Source: Clostridiales bacterium
GTDB taxonomy: Bacteria > Bacillota > Clostridia > Lutisporales > Lutisporaceae
DNA length: 64,000 nucleotides
Reading direction: 5' to 3'
Assembly: GCA_012521375.1 (NCBI GenBank)
Contig: JAAYMO010000109.1
Location: 1,291 to 65,290, forward strand
Made by a program: the position numbers and the translations under genes. The notes under the pieces were generated by a model. That model searched no databases and was not told the origin of the DNA. It saw nothing but the letters and a program-made list of their open reading frames with translations. Shown here piece by piece: positions 19,221-29,103 of this stretch (its first letter is position 1; each line of letters starts with the position of its first letter).

Positions 19221-19850
19221 TTGAATAATACAGATGAAACCATAAAGGCATTGAGAAGCAATGGATTTCATGTCTGGTTTGCCAAAAATAAAGCGGAAGC
19301 AGAAAAAATATTCTGGGAAGAGATATTTTATGTAGCAAATCCTAAAGTAGTTTCCTGGGGAGATTCCCTCACACTTCACTCATTGAAAATCTTATCCAAA
19401 TTCAAAGAGCTGGAAGGTGTTAAACTAATTGAAACCTTTGGCGAGGATTTGACATGGAGAGAGCAGATATATAATCGGAAGAAGGCATTATCTTGCGATA
19501 TGTTTTTGACAGGGACCAATGCAGTTACTATTAAGGGGCAGCTTGTTAATGTTGATATGATAGGCAATAGGGTTGCGGGAATTGCATTCGGTCCCAGAAA
19601 TGTGATTATATTTGTTGGAGTCAATAAGGTAGTGGAAAACCTGGATGAAGCAATGGATAGGATTAAATCTATTGCTGCACCTATGAATGCAATTCGCCAT
19701 ACAGACCTGAAAACTCCCTGTCAAGTGACGAGAAAATGTATGGATTGCAGCAGCCCTCAGAGATTATGCAATACCTGGACCATAACCGAGAAATCCTATC
19801 CTGTAGGAAGAATAAAGATAATATTAATAAATGAAGCACTGGGATATTAA
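19221..19850 (+). CDS. LUD-domain (lactate-utilisation LutC/YkgG-like) protein
   Basis: FLTGTNAVTIKGQLVNVDMIGNRVA, GVNKVVENLDEA, TPCQVTRKCMDCSSPQRLCN. Confidence 0.85.
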   Translation: MNNTDETIKALRSNGFHVWFAKNKAEAEKIFWEEIFYVANPKVVSWGDSLTLHSLKILSKFKELEGVKLIETFGEDLTWREQIYNRKKALSCDMFLTGTNAVTIKGQLVNVDMIGNRVAGIAFGPRNVIIFVGVNKVVENLDEAMDRIKSIAAPMNAIRHTDLKTPCQVTRKCMDCSSPQRLCNTWTITEKSYPVGRIKIILINEALGY

Positions 19851-19923
19851 TAGCATCCCTATGTCAGCAGTACAAAAAATGATATAATATATTTAAGAAA
19901 CTAATGGATTTATGGGGGATAGT

Positions 19924-20316
19924 ATGTTTTTCATAGGAATATTTGGAATACAGAATAAAGAAAAAGAAATAAAATACTTGAATAATATATCCTGCAGCAA
20001 TTGCAATGATGAATCAACTGCAAAGCTTATAAAGACCTATAATTTCTTTCACTTTTTCTTTATACCTCTATTCAAATGGAATGAAAAATATTATGTCATA
20101 TGCAGCAACTGCAGTACAGTATTTGAAATTCCCAAAGACAAAGGAAAGAGGATTGAAAATGGAGAAGATGTGGAGATAACATACTGGGATCTTAAAAACG
20201 CAGAAACAGGATATTACAATAATAGCTATACAGCAGGTAACAGATGCTCTTATTGTGGCAATACGGTGGAATCTCACTTCCAATTTTGCCCTTACTGCGG
20301 AAGAAGGCTTAGATAA
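19924..20316 (+). CDS. Zinc-ribbon domain protein
   Basis: MFFIGIFG, CSNC, FHFFFIPLF, CSNC, C-terminal CSYC...CPYCG. Confidence 0.8.
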   Translation: MFFIGIFGIQNKEKEIKYLNNISCSNCNDESTAKLIKTYNFFHFFFIPLFKWNEKYYVICSNCSTVFEIPKDKGKRIENGEDVEITYWDLKNAETGYYNNSYTAGNRCSYCGNTVESHFQFCPYCGRRLR

Positions 20317-20437
20317 TAAACTTTTTATAAAGGGTAGAGCCAATGTTAATTGAAAATTCAATGATTATTGGATTATTTTATCAATTTTCATAAATATATT
20401 AAGATAGTTTATTGAATAGGAATAGGAGAAACACAAT

Positions 20438-21334
20438 ATGGAATTAAAGCATATCGGCGAAATAGCAGCTTTAATTACGGCTATATGTTGGGCACTGAAT
20501 GGAATTGCTTTTGAATCAGCAGGAAAAAAAGTAGGCTCTTTAGCTGTAAGTTATATTAGGCTGCCTATTGGGTTTTTTTTATTAAGTATTTATTCATTTT
20601 TCTCCAGAGGTTTGGCTTTTCCTGTTGATGCTACTAATCATACTTGGTTTTGGTTATCTATTTCAGGTTTGATAGGTTTTGTTTTAGGCGATATGTTTCT
20701 TTTTCAAGCCTATGTGGAAATCGGGTCAAGGATATCTCTACTTATAATGTCGGCAGCTCCTCCTCTTACGGCTCTATTTGGTTTTCTTATTATGGGAGAG
20801 AAGATTTCTTTCTTAGGCTTGGCTGGGATTTTTATAACTATGGCGGGAATATGCATGGTAATATTAAGTAGAAATCCTGTAGAGAAAAAAGTAGAGTTTA
20901 ACCGACCTATAAAAGGTATTGTTTATGCATCTTTAGGAGCTTTGGGACAAGCATTTGGATTGATTTTCAGTAAATTTGGTTTAGGTTCGTATGATCCTTT
21001 TGCAGGAACACAAATTAGAGTTATAGCTGCTTTCATAGTTTATACGATTATAATAACTGTAAGAAACAAGTGGCCAGAGATAAAGTCAGCCTTTGATAAT
21101 ATGAAGGCTATAGGTGCCATAGCTTTAGGAGCAGTATTTGGACCTTTCATTGGAGTGGGATTTTCTCTGTTGGCAGTTCAATATACTGCCACAGGTATTG
21201 TTTCATCTATTAGTTCTATATCTCCTGTAGTAATAATTCCTGCTTCAATAGCTATATTCAAGGAAAAAGTTCTGCCAAAAGAAATATTAGGAGCTTTTAT
21301 TTCTGTAGCAGGAGTAATCTTGCTGTTTTTATGA
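20438..21334 (+). CDS. DMT/EamA-family transporter
   Basis: Two EamA repeats of about 5 TMs; LSISGLIGFVLGD, GPFIGV. Confidence 0.9.
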   Translation: MELKHIGEIAALITAICWALNGIAFESAGKKVGSLAVSYIRLPIGFFLLSIYSFFSRGLAFPVDATNHTWFWLSISGLIGFVLGDMFLFQAYVEIGSRISLLIMSAAPPLTALFGFLIMGEKISFLGLAGIFITMAGICMVILSRNPVEKKVEFNRPIKGIVYASLGALGQAFGLIFSKFGLGSYDPFAGTQIRVIAAFIVYTIIITVRNKWPEIKSAFDNMKAIGAIALGAVFGPFIGVGFSLLAVQYTATGIVSSISSISPVVIIPASIAIFKEKVLPKEILGAFISVAGVILLFL

Positions 21335-21417
21335 TAGTTATAATTAAGAACATAAACAATGAACATAATGGATAGTTGTGATATTTAATAATATAAAGAT
21401 TATGAGGGAATATAGAG

Positions 21418-22521
21418 ATGATGGAGATAAAAGGAAAATACAATAGCGCAATTATATATACCCATAATATTGAATCAAGTGCTTTAAGCCAGATTCAAAC
21501 CTTATGTGATCAGGAGTTTGTAAAAGGCAGCAAAATTCGCATAATGCCTGATGTCCATACCGGGGTAGGCTGCACCATTGGAACAACTATGACAATAAAG
21601 GATAAGGTGGTGCCTAATCTAGTAGGTGTTGATATTGGCTGTGGTATAGAGGTAATAAAGCTTGAAAATAAGCGTATGGAACTACAAAAACTTGACAAGT
21701 TAATATATGAGAAGATTCCCAGTGGATTCAATATACGTAATAAAGAACACCAACTTATCGATAAAATAGATTTAAATCAGCTTAACTGCAAAAGCTTAGT
21801 GAATTTGAAAAGAGCTAGGCTTAGCATAGGAACTTTGGGAGGAGGCAATCATTTTATAGAGGTAAACAAGGATAGTGAAGGCAGCTTGTATTTAGTTATC
21901 CATTCTGGCAGCAGGCATTTAGGTCATGAAGTTGCAAGCCTATATCAGAAAGAAGCCTTCAAGTCCATAGGTAAGGAAACCAATATTCCTAAATCCTTAG
22001 CTTATGTATCAGGACAGCTTTTTCAGGACTATATACATGATATGAAAATAGTTCAGAAATTTGCCGACCTTAATCGGAAAGCTATGGCTCAGGAGATAAT
22101 TAAAGCTATGAAACTGAAGGATGTATCAAGGTTTACAACTATACACAATTACATAGATACTGAACATATGATTTTGAGAAAAGGTGCCGTATCTGCACAA
22201 AAAGGCGAGATTCTATTGATACCAATAAATATGAGGGATGGAAGCCTAATTTGCATAGGCAAAGGCAATCCGGAATGGAACTATTCAGCACCCCATGGAG
22301 CAGGTAGGATTATGAGCAGAACCCAGGCTAAAGGGTCTTTGACATTAACTCAATTTAAAGAGACTATGAAAGGAATTTATACTACTTCGGTAAATAAGGA
22401 TACTTTAGATGAATGTCCTCTAGCCTATAAGCCTATGGAAGAGATAGTTGACAATATAGTCGATACTGTAGAAATAATAGATAATATAAAGCCTATATAT
22501 AATTTTAAGGCAGCAGAGTGA
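21418..22521 (+). CDS. rtcB: RtcB-family RNA ligase
   Basis: MPDVHTG, VGVDIGCG, LGGGNHFIE, IHSGSR, HNY, RKGA, HGAGR, DECPLAYK. Confidence 0.92.
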   Translation: MMEIKGKYNSAIIYTHNIESSALSQIQTLCDQEFVKGSKIRIMPDVHTGVGCTIGTTMTIKDKVVPNLVGVDIGCGIEVIKLENKRMELQKLDKLIYEKIPSGFNIRNKEHQLIDKIDLNQLNCKSLVNLKRARLSIGTLGGGNHFIEVNKDSEGSLYLVIHSGSRHLGHEVASLYQKEAFKSIGKETNIPKSLAYVSGQLFQDYIHDMKIVQKFADLNRKAMAQEIIKAMKLKDVSRFTTIHNYIDTEHMILRKGAVSAQKGEILLIPINMRDGSLICIGKGNPEWNYSAPHGAGRIMSRTQAKGSLTLTQFKETMKGIYTTSVNKDTLDECPLAYKPMEEIVDNIVDTVEIIDNIKPIYNFKAAE

Positions 22522-22557
22522 TTGAGATAAGAAAAGATTAAGCGAGGAGGACTACAA

Positions 22558-23718
22558 ATGAATTTTGATATTTTAGTGAATAGAAAGAATACAGATTGCA
22601 TCAAATGGGATGGTTTAAAAGAGATTTATGGAAAAGATGATATCTTGCCTCTGTGGATTGCAGATATGGATTTTGAATCCAGTCCTGAAATTATTGATGC
22701 ATTAATAAATCGTTCAGAACACGGAGTATTTGGCTATCCCTTAATTTCAGCCAAAATATTTGAACCTTTTATAGAATGGAATAAAAGAAGGAATGGCCTG
22801 AACATAGACCAGGAATGGATACTTACCTGTCCAGGACTTGTTACTGGATTTACCCTTGGCATACTTGCTTTTACAAAAGAGGGTGATGGGGTCATGATAC
22901 AGACTCCCGTATATCCACCTTTTCATTCCAGTGTGAAAAATAATAATAGAATCTTGATAGAGAATCAACTTATTGAAAAAGAAGGATATTACACCATAGA
23001 TTTTGAAGACTTTGAAAGAAAGATAAGAGAAAACAATGTAAAGCTGTTTATACTGTGCAATCCTCATAATCCGGTGGGAAGGGTATGGACACTGGAAGAG
23101 TTGGAGAGGATGGCAGAGATATGCCTCAAGTATGATGTAAAAATATTCTCCGATGAGATACATTCGGATCTAATTTTAAAAGGTTATAAATTCAAATCTA
23201 TTTTGTCCTTGGATGAGAAATACAAAAAAATAATTATATCGGCTATGGCTCCTAGTAAAACCTTCAATATAGCAGGCCTCACCGCTTCTATGGTGTTGAT
23301 ACCTGATGAGGATACAAGAGAGACATATGATAAAGTAAGGCAAAGTTTGAGCATAGGAATGCTTAATATATTCGGACTAACTGCTTTGGAAGCTGCTTAT
23401 AGACATGGGGAACAGTGGCTGGAGGAAGTAATGAGTTATATAGAAGACAATTTTGATTACATGATAAGTTTCATAAAAGAGGAAATGCCCCATGTTAAAT
23501 GTAGAAAACCGGAAGCAACATATCTGGGATGGTTGGATTTTAGAAATATATATCCAAAGCAGGATGATTTGAATGATTTTTTGATAAATAAAGCTAAGGT
23601 GGCATTAAATAGCGGATTAACATTTGGAAAGCAAGGAGAAGGATTTGTGAGAATAAATTTAGGATGCCCAAGATCCATATTGGAGGAAGCCTTAAACAGA
23701 ATCAGAACTGCACTGTAA
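22558..23718 (+). CDS. patB: MalY/PatB-family PLP-dependent C-S lyase
   Basis: LPLWIADMDF, LCNPHNPVGRVW, SDEIHSD, APSKTFN, ATYLGWLD. Confidence 0.9.
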   Translation: MNFDILVNRKNTDCIKWDGLKEIYGKDDILPLWIADMDFESSPEIIDALINRSEHGVFGYPLISAKIFEPFIEWNKRRNGLNIDQEWILTCPGLVTGFTLGILAFTKEGDGVMIQTPVYPPFHSSVKNNNRILIENQLIEKEGYYTIDFEDFERKIRENNVKLFILCNPHNPVGRVWTLEELERMAEICLKYDVKIFSDEIHSDLILKGYKFKSILSLDEKYKKIIISAMAPSKTFNIAGLTASMVLIPDEDTRETYDKVRQSLSIGMLNIFGLTALEAAYRHGEQWLEEVMSYIEDNFDYMISFIKEEMPHVKCRKPEATYLGWLDFRNIYPKQDDLNDFLINKAKVALNSGLTFGKQGEGFVRINLGCPRSILEEALNRIRTAL

Positions 23719-23763
23719 TTTGAACTAAACTATGGAACAAAAAAAGATAGAAGGAGCATAGAT

Positions 23764-24123
23764 ATGAATTTTGTTGAAGCAATTTCCAGATTTATAGTTG
23801 GAGGAACATTGGTTTTAATTGTGAGTTGGATGGGTAAAATGAAAAACCCATATATCTCTGGTTTGATAGTTTTATTCCCGGTAGTGACACTAGTAGGCTA
23901 TTATTTTCTATCTTTATCTATAGATGGACAAGCATTACAGAAGGTAGTATTAGTTACCTTTTTAGCACTGCCCACAACCATTGCTTTTCTAGGAACGGTT
24001 TATTTTACAATTACAAAAATGGCTGCAGTGAAGTCCTTAGCTTTAGGTTTATTGAGCTGGTTTATTGCAGCAGCACTGATAATAGTATTTGACAGATGTT
24101 TTCTCCATATTATGTTTAAATAA
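23764..24123 (+). CDS. GlpM/DUF3147-like small membrane protein
   Basis: RFIVGGTLVLIVS...YISGLIVLFP; four hydrophobic segments. Confidence 0.65.
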   Translation: MNFVEAISRFIVGGTLVLIVSWMGKMKNPYISGLIVLFPVVTLVGYYFLSLSIDGQALQKVVLVTFLALPTTIAFLGTVYFTITKMAAVKSLALGLLSWFIAAALIIVFDRCFLHIMFK

Positions 24124-24149
24124 TATTTAAATGTATAATTATTTTATTT

Positions 24150-24186
24150 AAACACACTCTAAATCAATATTTAGAGTGTGTTTTTA
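24150..24186. terminator. Bidirectional terminator between convergent genes
   Basis: AAACACACTCTAAAT-CAAT-ATTTAGAGTGTGTTT with A/T runs on both sides. Confidence 0.75.
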
Positions 24187-24682
24187 ATTCAGCCAATGCA
24201 GCAGCCCTGATCCAGCCTATTTGATAATCGACTTCATCGGATTCATATATGATTAATGCCCAATCCTGGGATTGAAAAGGAAGCGTTCAGCAGGGATCAT
24301 AGGTGGTTGCTTCACCTATAGCCAATACTTCAACTATGGTACCAGCTTCTAGATTTGCTAGTATCTCTGATGTATCTGTAGGCATAAGTTTGAAAGTAGT
24401 TTCCTTAATGATCTCCATGTTGCCCTGGTATCCTTTTATATATTTAATTTTATTCGGCACGCCGATAGAATCCAGCTCAAGCATAAGATCAGCTTTTTGC
24501 TTTGTAAGCATATCTATCTCTAATTCTAGCTTTTTAATACTTTCTTCTAATTGAGCAATCTTATTGTTTATTTCTTCATCATTTTGATTTTTTGGTTGAG
24601 AACAGCCTGTAGAGACAATAGAGATTAACATAACAATAATAATCATCAAAAGTGATTTTTTAATCTTCATAGAAATTTTCAA
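24164..24682 (-). pseudogene. Lipoprotein (coiled coil + SH3b-like domain) interrupted by an in-frame TGA at 24289-24287
   Basis: RBS GGGGG + TTG 24682; lipobox STGC; LANLEAGTIVEVL...YDPC*, continuing in frame TLPFQSQDWALIIYESDEVDYQIGWIRAAALAELKTHSKY* to 24164. Confidence 0.65.
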
Positions 24683-24928
24683 TATTAGACCCCCTGAATA
24701 TAATTTCAATACAAAATAAGTATATTTATATTTTAGCATATTTTTCCGTTTTTGAGCTCCTTTAATAATTAAAAATAAAAAATCAATTACCATTAAATTG
24801 ACAGGATGCATAAATACTTAAAATCTAGAACTATTAATTTAGGTATACCCTAATTATAATAAACAATAAATAAAAGCATGAGTGTTTTCATATCCCCATG
24901 CTTTTATCATTTGTACTTTGTCAGTTAG

Positions 24929-25417
24929 TCACTGGACATTATACATTCCTTTGCTTTGCATGTACTTAAATATAGCTTCGCCGTGTTTTTGTTCTTCCTT
25001 TTGTATATGGTTCAGTACATCTCTAACTTGTGGATTACTGAATTCGAAAATAGCAGTATCGTAGGCTCCTGAAACATATTTTTCTGTCATCAGCATATCC
25101 GTACACATATCTGAATCTTTGGTAGTTCCGTTGAACTGCTGCGTATTGCCCATATTGCCGCTAGTGCTTTGGGTTCCAGTATTTTGAGCTGAACCTTGAT
25201 TCTGCTGCTGATTCATTTGTGGAAGCTTTCCGCTTAGTAATTGATTGATGCTGTTAAGATGATTTCTTTCTATCTGGGCATTATTATTGAATATTTGCTT
25301 TAGCTGCGGGCATTGAGTTTGATTTGCATAGTTTGTATACTTTTCTATACAAATCTGTTCATGTTTTTTTTGGTCTTCCAATAACATTCTTTCTTTCTGC
25401 GATAATTGTAATTGCAT
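24929..25417 (-). CDS. Ferritin-like spore coat protein (Coat F-like)
   Basis: LSQKERMLLED...EKY, Q/N-rich linker, DMLMTEKYVS, LNHIQKEEQKHGE. Confidence 0.75.
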   Translation of the reverse strand: MQLQLSQKERMLLEDQKKHEQICIEKYTNYANQTQCPQLKQIFNNNAQIERNHLNSINQLLSGKLPQMNQQQNQGSAQNTGTQSTSGNMGNTQQFNGTTKDSDMCTDMLMTEKYVSGAYDTAIFEFSNPQVRDVLNHIQKEEQKHGEAIFKYMQSKGMYNVQ

Positions 25418-25476
25418 ATGCTACACCTCCAATACTATTTTGTATAAATTTCACTATTTTATACAATAAAGGAGGG

Positions 25477-26673
25477 TTACATAGCTTTTTTTATAGCATT
25501 TTCGATACTTTTTATAAAACCTTTGCTGGTTTTTGTTGCGCCACTTATAACATCTGCTTCAATTCTTTGTTTTCTTATTATCTCTTTAGGAAGCACCATA
25601 AAAACTTCTTCATACCAGCCCCTGCTTTCATGATGATCCAGGACTGTTATATCCACTATTTTCCCATTTTCAATTCTCACTTCTGTGATGATTCTCGCAG
25701 CAAAGCCTTTTGCTTCACCTTGGTATACTCCGTCTTTCAGATTGCTAAGAGGAATGCTGCTTATCATAGAAGTTCCACCAAAAACCTTAGGCATCCCTAA
25801 CCAAATTACGAAGAACAATATAAACATTAAAGCAATATAATTCTTTGATGATATATTTTTTCTTCCTGATTTTAATCCTAAATTGGTATCTTCATTTATT
25901 TTACAATTACCTATACACTCCAGACATCTGATACATTCAGGAGATATGGAATCTTCCTTTGGTGAAAGTTTCAATGCCATAGTGCAGCTATTAAGGCACC
26001 CATTGCAGTGAATGCAGCTTTTACTCTGTTTAATTGAAATCAGGCTGAAGGAACTAAAAAGGGTTTGGGCTGCACCTAAGGGACAAAGGTACCTACAGAA
26101 AAATCTCGGTATAACTGCTGAGACAATAAATATACCAGCCAGTACCGCAAATCCTGTTTTCATTACTTTCCATGCAGAAAACAGTTTCGGTATGTTCAAC
26201 ATGGCTCTCCAAGGTGAGAATTCTGCTATTGTTGCACCATAGCCTAATATGGATGCCAGCAGAACAGCCAATAATATTGGGTATTTGGTATAAAGAGGAT
26301 TAAAATCTTTTTTTCCTAAACCATTATGTTTAGAGAAAACAAGTTTTTTGCCAATCCAATTTGATATATCCTGTATCGTTCCTATAGGACATATCCAACC
26401 GCAAAAGAACCTTCCTCCTGCAATAGATATTACCAATATGGATATTGTCAGTGCCATGCTTCTGTTTATGCCATCAAATTCATAACTGCTGTCGTTTAAA
26501 GATTCTTTTAGGGCACTCCAAGCTCCATAAGGATTCAGGTCTCCTATGCTTATGATTTTAAAATTGACCAGTTGGCTTGTATAAAGATTATATTGTATTA
26601 ATACTAGTAACAGTAAGACTAAAATAGCAATTTGTATGCTTGTCCTAATGTTTTTACTTCTATTTTCCTTCAT
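25477..26673 (-). CDS. Membrane 4Fe-4S protein (NapH/NosR/YccM-like) with C-terminal FMN-binding domain
   Basis: GRFFCGWICPIG, RFFCRYLCPLGA, CIHCNGCLNSC, CIRCLECIGNC; DGVYQGEAKG...ADVISGATKTS. Confidence 0.88.
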   Translation of the reverse strand: MKENRSKNIRTSIQIAILVLLLLVLIQYNLYTSQLVNFKIISIGDLNPYGAWSALKESLNDSSYEFDGINRSMALTISILVISIAGGRFFCGWICPIGTIQDISNWIGKKLVFSKHNGLGKKDFNPLYTKYPILLAVLLASILGYGATIAEFSPWRAMLNIPKLFSAWKVMKTGFAVLAGIFIVSAVIPRFFCRYLCPLGAAQTLFSSFSLISIKQSKSCIHCNGCLNSCTMALKLSPKEDSISPECIRCLECIGNCKINEDTNLGLKSGRKNISSKNYIALMFILFFVIWLGMPKVFGGTSMISSIPLSNLKDGVYQGEAKGFAARIITEVRIENGKIVDITVLDHHESRGWYEEVFMVLPKEIIRKQRIEADVISGATKTSKGFIKSIENAIKKAM

Positions 26674-26692
26674 AATCCATTACTTCCTAATA

Positions 26693-28270
26693 TTAGTTTT
26701 TGCTTATCTTCGCTATATCTTTGATATAGGTTTCTCCAATGATTGCATCTGCTCCCTTTTCCACAGGCAGTAGATAGGAACTATCCAATTGATTTGGATT
26801 TATATCATATTGTTTCCCATCAGAATCAAATAGAGTTAAAGTATCGTTGTCTTCTATAATCATACCTGCTTCCTCTAAAACTTCTCCTAAATTCATACCC
26901 TTGCCTTGGGGCAGGTCTTCTTCACCGATAACCTTCATCATTATCTCAGGGAAAATAACAGCATCTTTAGTGGTTGAGAAATGGCTCATTTCCTTGACGT
27001 TCATGCCCAACTTGAAAGCCGGACCTATGTTCATAGGTGCATTTTCACCGCCGGTTTTTATATAATACCTATCTCTTACCATGCTGATGGTTTCATTCTT
27101 TACCAGGCCATCTGAACCTACCATGGTGAAAAAGCCATTCACATCTACATAGTCAAATTTGGATAATATTTTACCTACTAAGTAGGACTCATCTTTGCTG
27201 CCGTAATATTCATAGTAATAAGGTTCTATGTCTTTAACAATGGAACTGAATATATGGACATTTTGTATGTCTTTAGGTGAAATATGGGTATAAAGCTCAA
27301 TTCTATTGACCATTTTAACCCAGTATACTCCCATCTCATCGGGTATCACTACTCTTACCGGCTTTTCTTCCCTGATTATTTCTTCATCATCAAACCTGAT
27401 GCCCAGGATAATGTCTCTATTTTGTATAATGTCTTTGCTTATCATAGTGTAATAGTTGTCTCTACCTGTGACGCCTATGGCTTCATAATCATTGATATCT
27501 ATGCCGTGTTTTTCCAATACATCTTTGAGAAGAGGACCCTCAGCTTTAATATCTATTTTAACCCCGGTTGTTCTTTGCAGTATAGTTTGAGTTGTAACCT
27601 GGGGAAAGGTCTTCAAATCTTCGATATTTACCCTTACGGAGTTATTTTCAGGCCAAGCTATCAAAAAGCTGTTTTCATCCTTATCCCACATTTCCTGTGG
27701 GATAAAGTTTTCAACCGGATCCATGGTTTTATTGTTGACAAGATAATTCCAAGCACCTATAGCTGAATTCACATTGTTGATTACAGCTTGGCTGGATACG
27801 CTGGCTCCTGTAACCTGAACTATATCGGTAGGTTTTTCAGGGTCTAACACTACTCTGTTTAGATATTCAAATAGTTCTAAACCTTTAAATCTATCGGTAA
27901 ACCAGCTTTCCATAATAGGGTCAGCATAGTCAGGAGTGTCTCCCTGTTCGAGAATATGTATTCCTGCAATTTGTTTCTTTTCATTATCCATGACCACCAA
28001 AGTTTTTATGATTCCTTCATAGCCGGTTCCTGAAGCTACAAAAGCAGCAGGTATATTATCTATACTATATATTTTTTCAACGCCAGGAAAATTTTCCTTT
28101 ATTATGAGATTGTCTAAGGCTCCATCAATAAGTTTTATAGTTGTTGCTGTTGGCAGTATTTCCTTTATCAAGGCTTTTTCCTTTCTTGTGTCATTGTTTA
28201 ACCATAAAGCTGCAGATATTATTGTTACGATTATGATGAGAGTTAATATATAGATCATATTTTTTTTCAT
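26693..28270 (-). CDS. Membrane-anchored protein: RnfG-like FMN-binding domain plus sulfite-oxidase-fold (Oxidored_molyb-like) domain and two degenerate repeats
   Basis: N-terminal TM; SGTGYEGII...ETP-like GDTPDY...FTDRFKG...DIVQVTGASVSS; then EDLKTFP...EGPLLKDVL...GRDNY...PVRVVIP...WVKMVNRIEL. Confidence 0.75.
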   Translation of the reverse strand: MKKNMIYILTLIIIVTIISAALWLNNDTRKEKALIKEILPTATTIKLIDGALDNLIIKENFPGVEKIYSIDNIPAAFVASGTGYEGIIKTLVVMDNEKKQIAGIHILEQGDTPDYADPIMESWFTDRFKGLELFEYLNRVVLDPEKPTDIVQVTGASVSSQAVINNVNSAIGAWNYLVNNKTMDPVENFIPQEMWDKDENSFLIAWPENNSVRVNIEDLKTFPQVTTQTILQRTTGVKIDIKAEGPLLKDVLEKHGIDINDYEAIGVTGRDNYYTMISKDIIQNRDIILGIRFDDEEIIREEKPVRVVIPDEMGVYWVKMVNRIELYTHISPKDIQNVHIFSSIVKDIEPYYYEYYGSKDESYLVGKILSKFDYVDVNGFFTMVGSDGLVKNETISMVRDRYYIKTGGENAPMNIGPAFKLGMNVKEMSHFSTTKDAVIFPEIMMKVIGEEDLPQGKGMNLGEVLEEAGMIIEDNDTLTLFDSDGKQYDINPNQLDSSYLLPVEKGADAIIGETYIKDIAKISKN

Positions 28271-28280
28271 GATTAGCTCC

Positions 28281-29042
28281 TCATTCTATGATTATTTTTA
28301 CAATATTTTGTACCCATTGAGGCTTGTTAACATCACCAGGCTCTTTTTGACCAATTACCAGTCTAAAAGGGGCCCCTTTATTGGGATCGTAATCTTTACC
28401 GTTTTCATGCCATGCGATTATCACAGGATATCTCTTTTCCGGATTATGTTCGTCTATATAGTCTTCCTTCAGGGTTTGTTCTACAGACATTTCGTGTTTA
28501 TATCCATCTGATGCTATGAAAGTGATGGTAGAAGCACTATCTTTTAAAATTCCTTTATCCAAAATTGCTTTTATCTTTATTCCTTTAAAGTGGAAGTATT
28601 CTTCAGTGCCGTAGCTGTTAAGTGAAAAGAAGTCATCTTCATAATAAGCATCTTTCATGGATTTTAGTTCATCAAGAGAAAGTGTTATTGGATTTTCTAT
28701 ACCAGAACCTTCGATATGTAGGAGTGTTTTTTCATCTGGCTTTGTTTGAGGCGTTTCTTCTGGAAGTTTTTCTGGCTGTTGGGATTTTGGTTTCTCAGCC
28801 TCAGATATAGTATCTGTATCAGATGTAGTTTCTTCGGGTTTCTCTACAGTAGTTTCATCCTGCTTTGAAGTTTCTACATCTGTTTTATTTTCATCTTGAA
28901 TATTTTTATCTGATTCCTCTACTTGCTGAGTTTCGCCGGCTTCTTCAGCGTTTGGAGCAGAAGGGGTATTCGATGAACATGCTGTTAAAAGGATTAAGGA
29001 TAATATTAAGACAAATAATATAAATAAAGTTTTATTTTTCAT
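28281..29042 (-). CDS. Lipoprotein with a low-complexity linker and one Oxidored_molyb-like domain
   Basis: Lipobox LTAC; E/T/K/P-rich linker; LHIEGSGIENPITLSLDELKSM...FKGIKIKAIL...FIASDGY...IIAWHENG...GAPFRLVIGQ...WVQNIVKIII; no Cys in the domain. Confidence 0.8.
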   Translation of the reverse strand: MKNKTLFILFVLILSLILLTACSSNTPSAPNAEEAGETQQVEESDKNIQDENKTDVETSKQDETTVEKPEETTSDTDTISEAEKPKSQQPEKLPEETPQTKPDEKTLLHIEGSGIENPITLSLDELKSMKDAYYEDDFFSLNSYGTEEYFHFKGIKIKAILDKGILKDSASTITFIASDGYKHEMSVEQTLKEDYIDEHNPEKRYPVIIAWHENGKDYDPNKGAPFRLVIGQKEPGDVNKPQWVQNIVKIIIE

Positions 29043-29065
29043 AATTCACCTCCGTGTGAAAGAGC

Positions 29066-29092
29066 GGAGCAAGCAGATGGACTGCCTGCTCC
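29066..29092 (-). other. GC-rich intergenic stem-loop between the SLH-protein gene and the lipoprotein gene
   Basis: Transcript GGAGCAGGCAG-TCCAT-CTGCTTGCTCC (11 bp, one G-U pair); no U-tract in the sense direction. Confidence 0.7.
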
Positions 29093-29103
29093 TTGTTTTT
29101 GTA

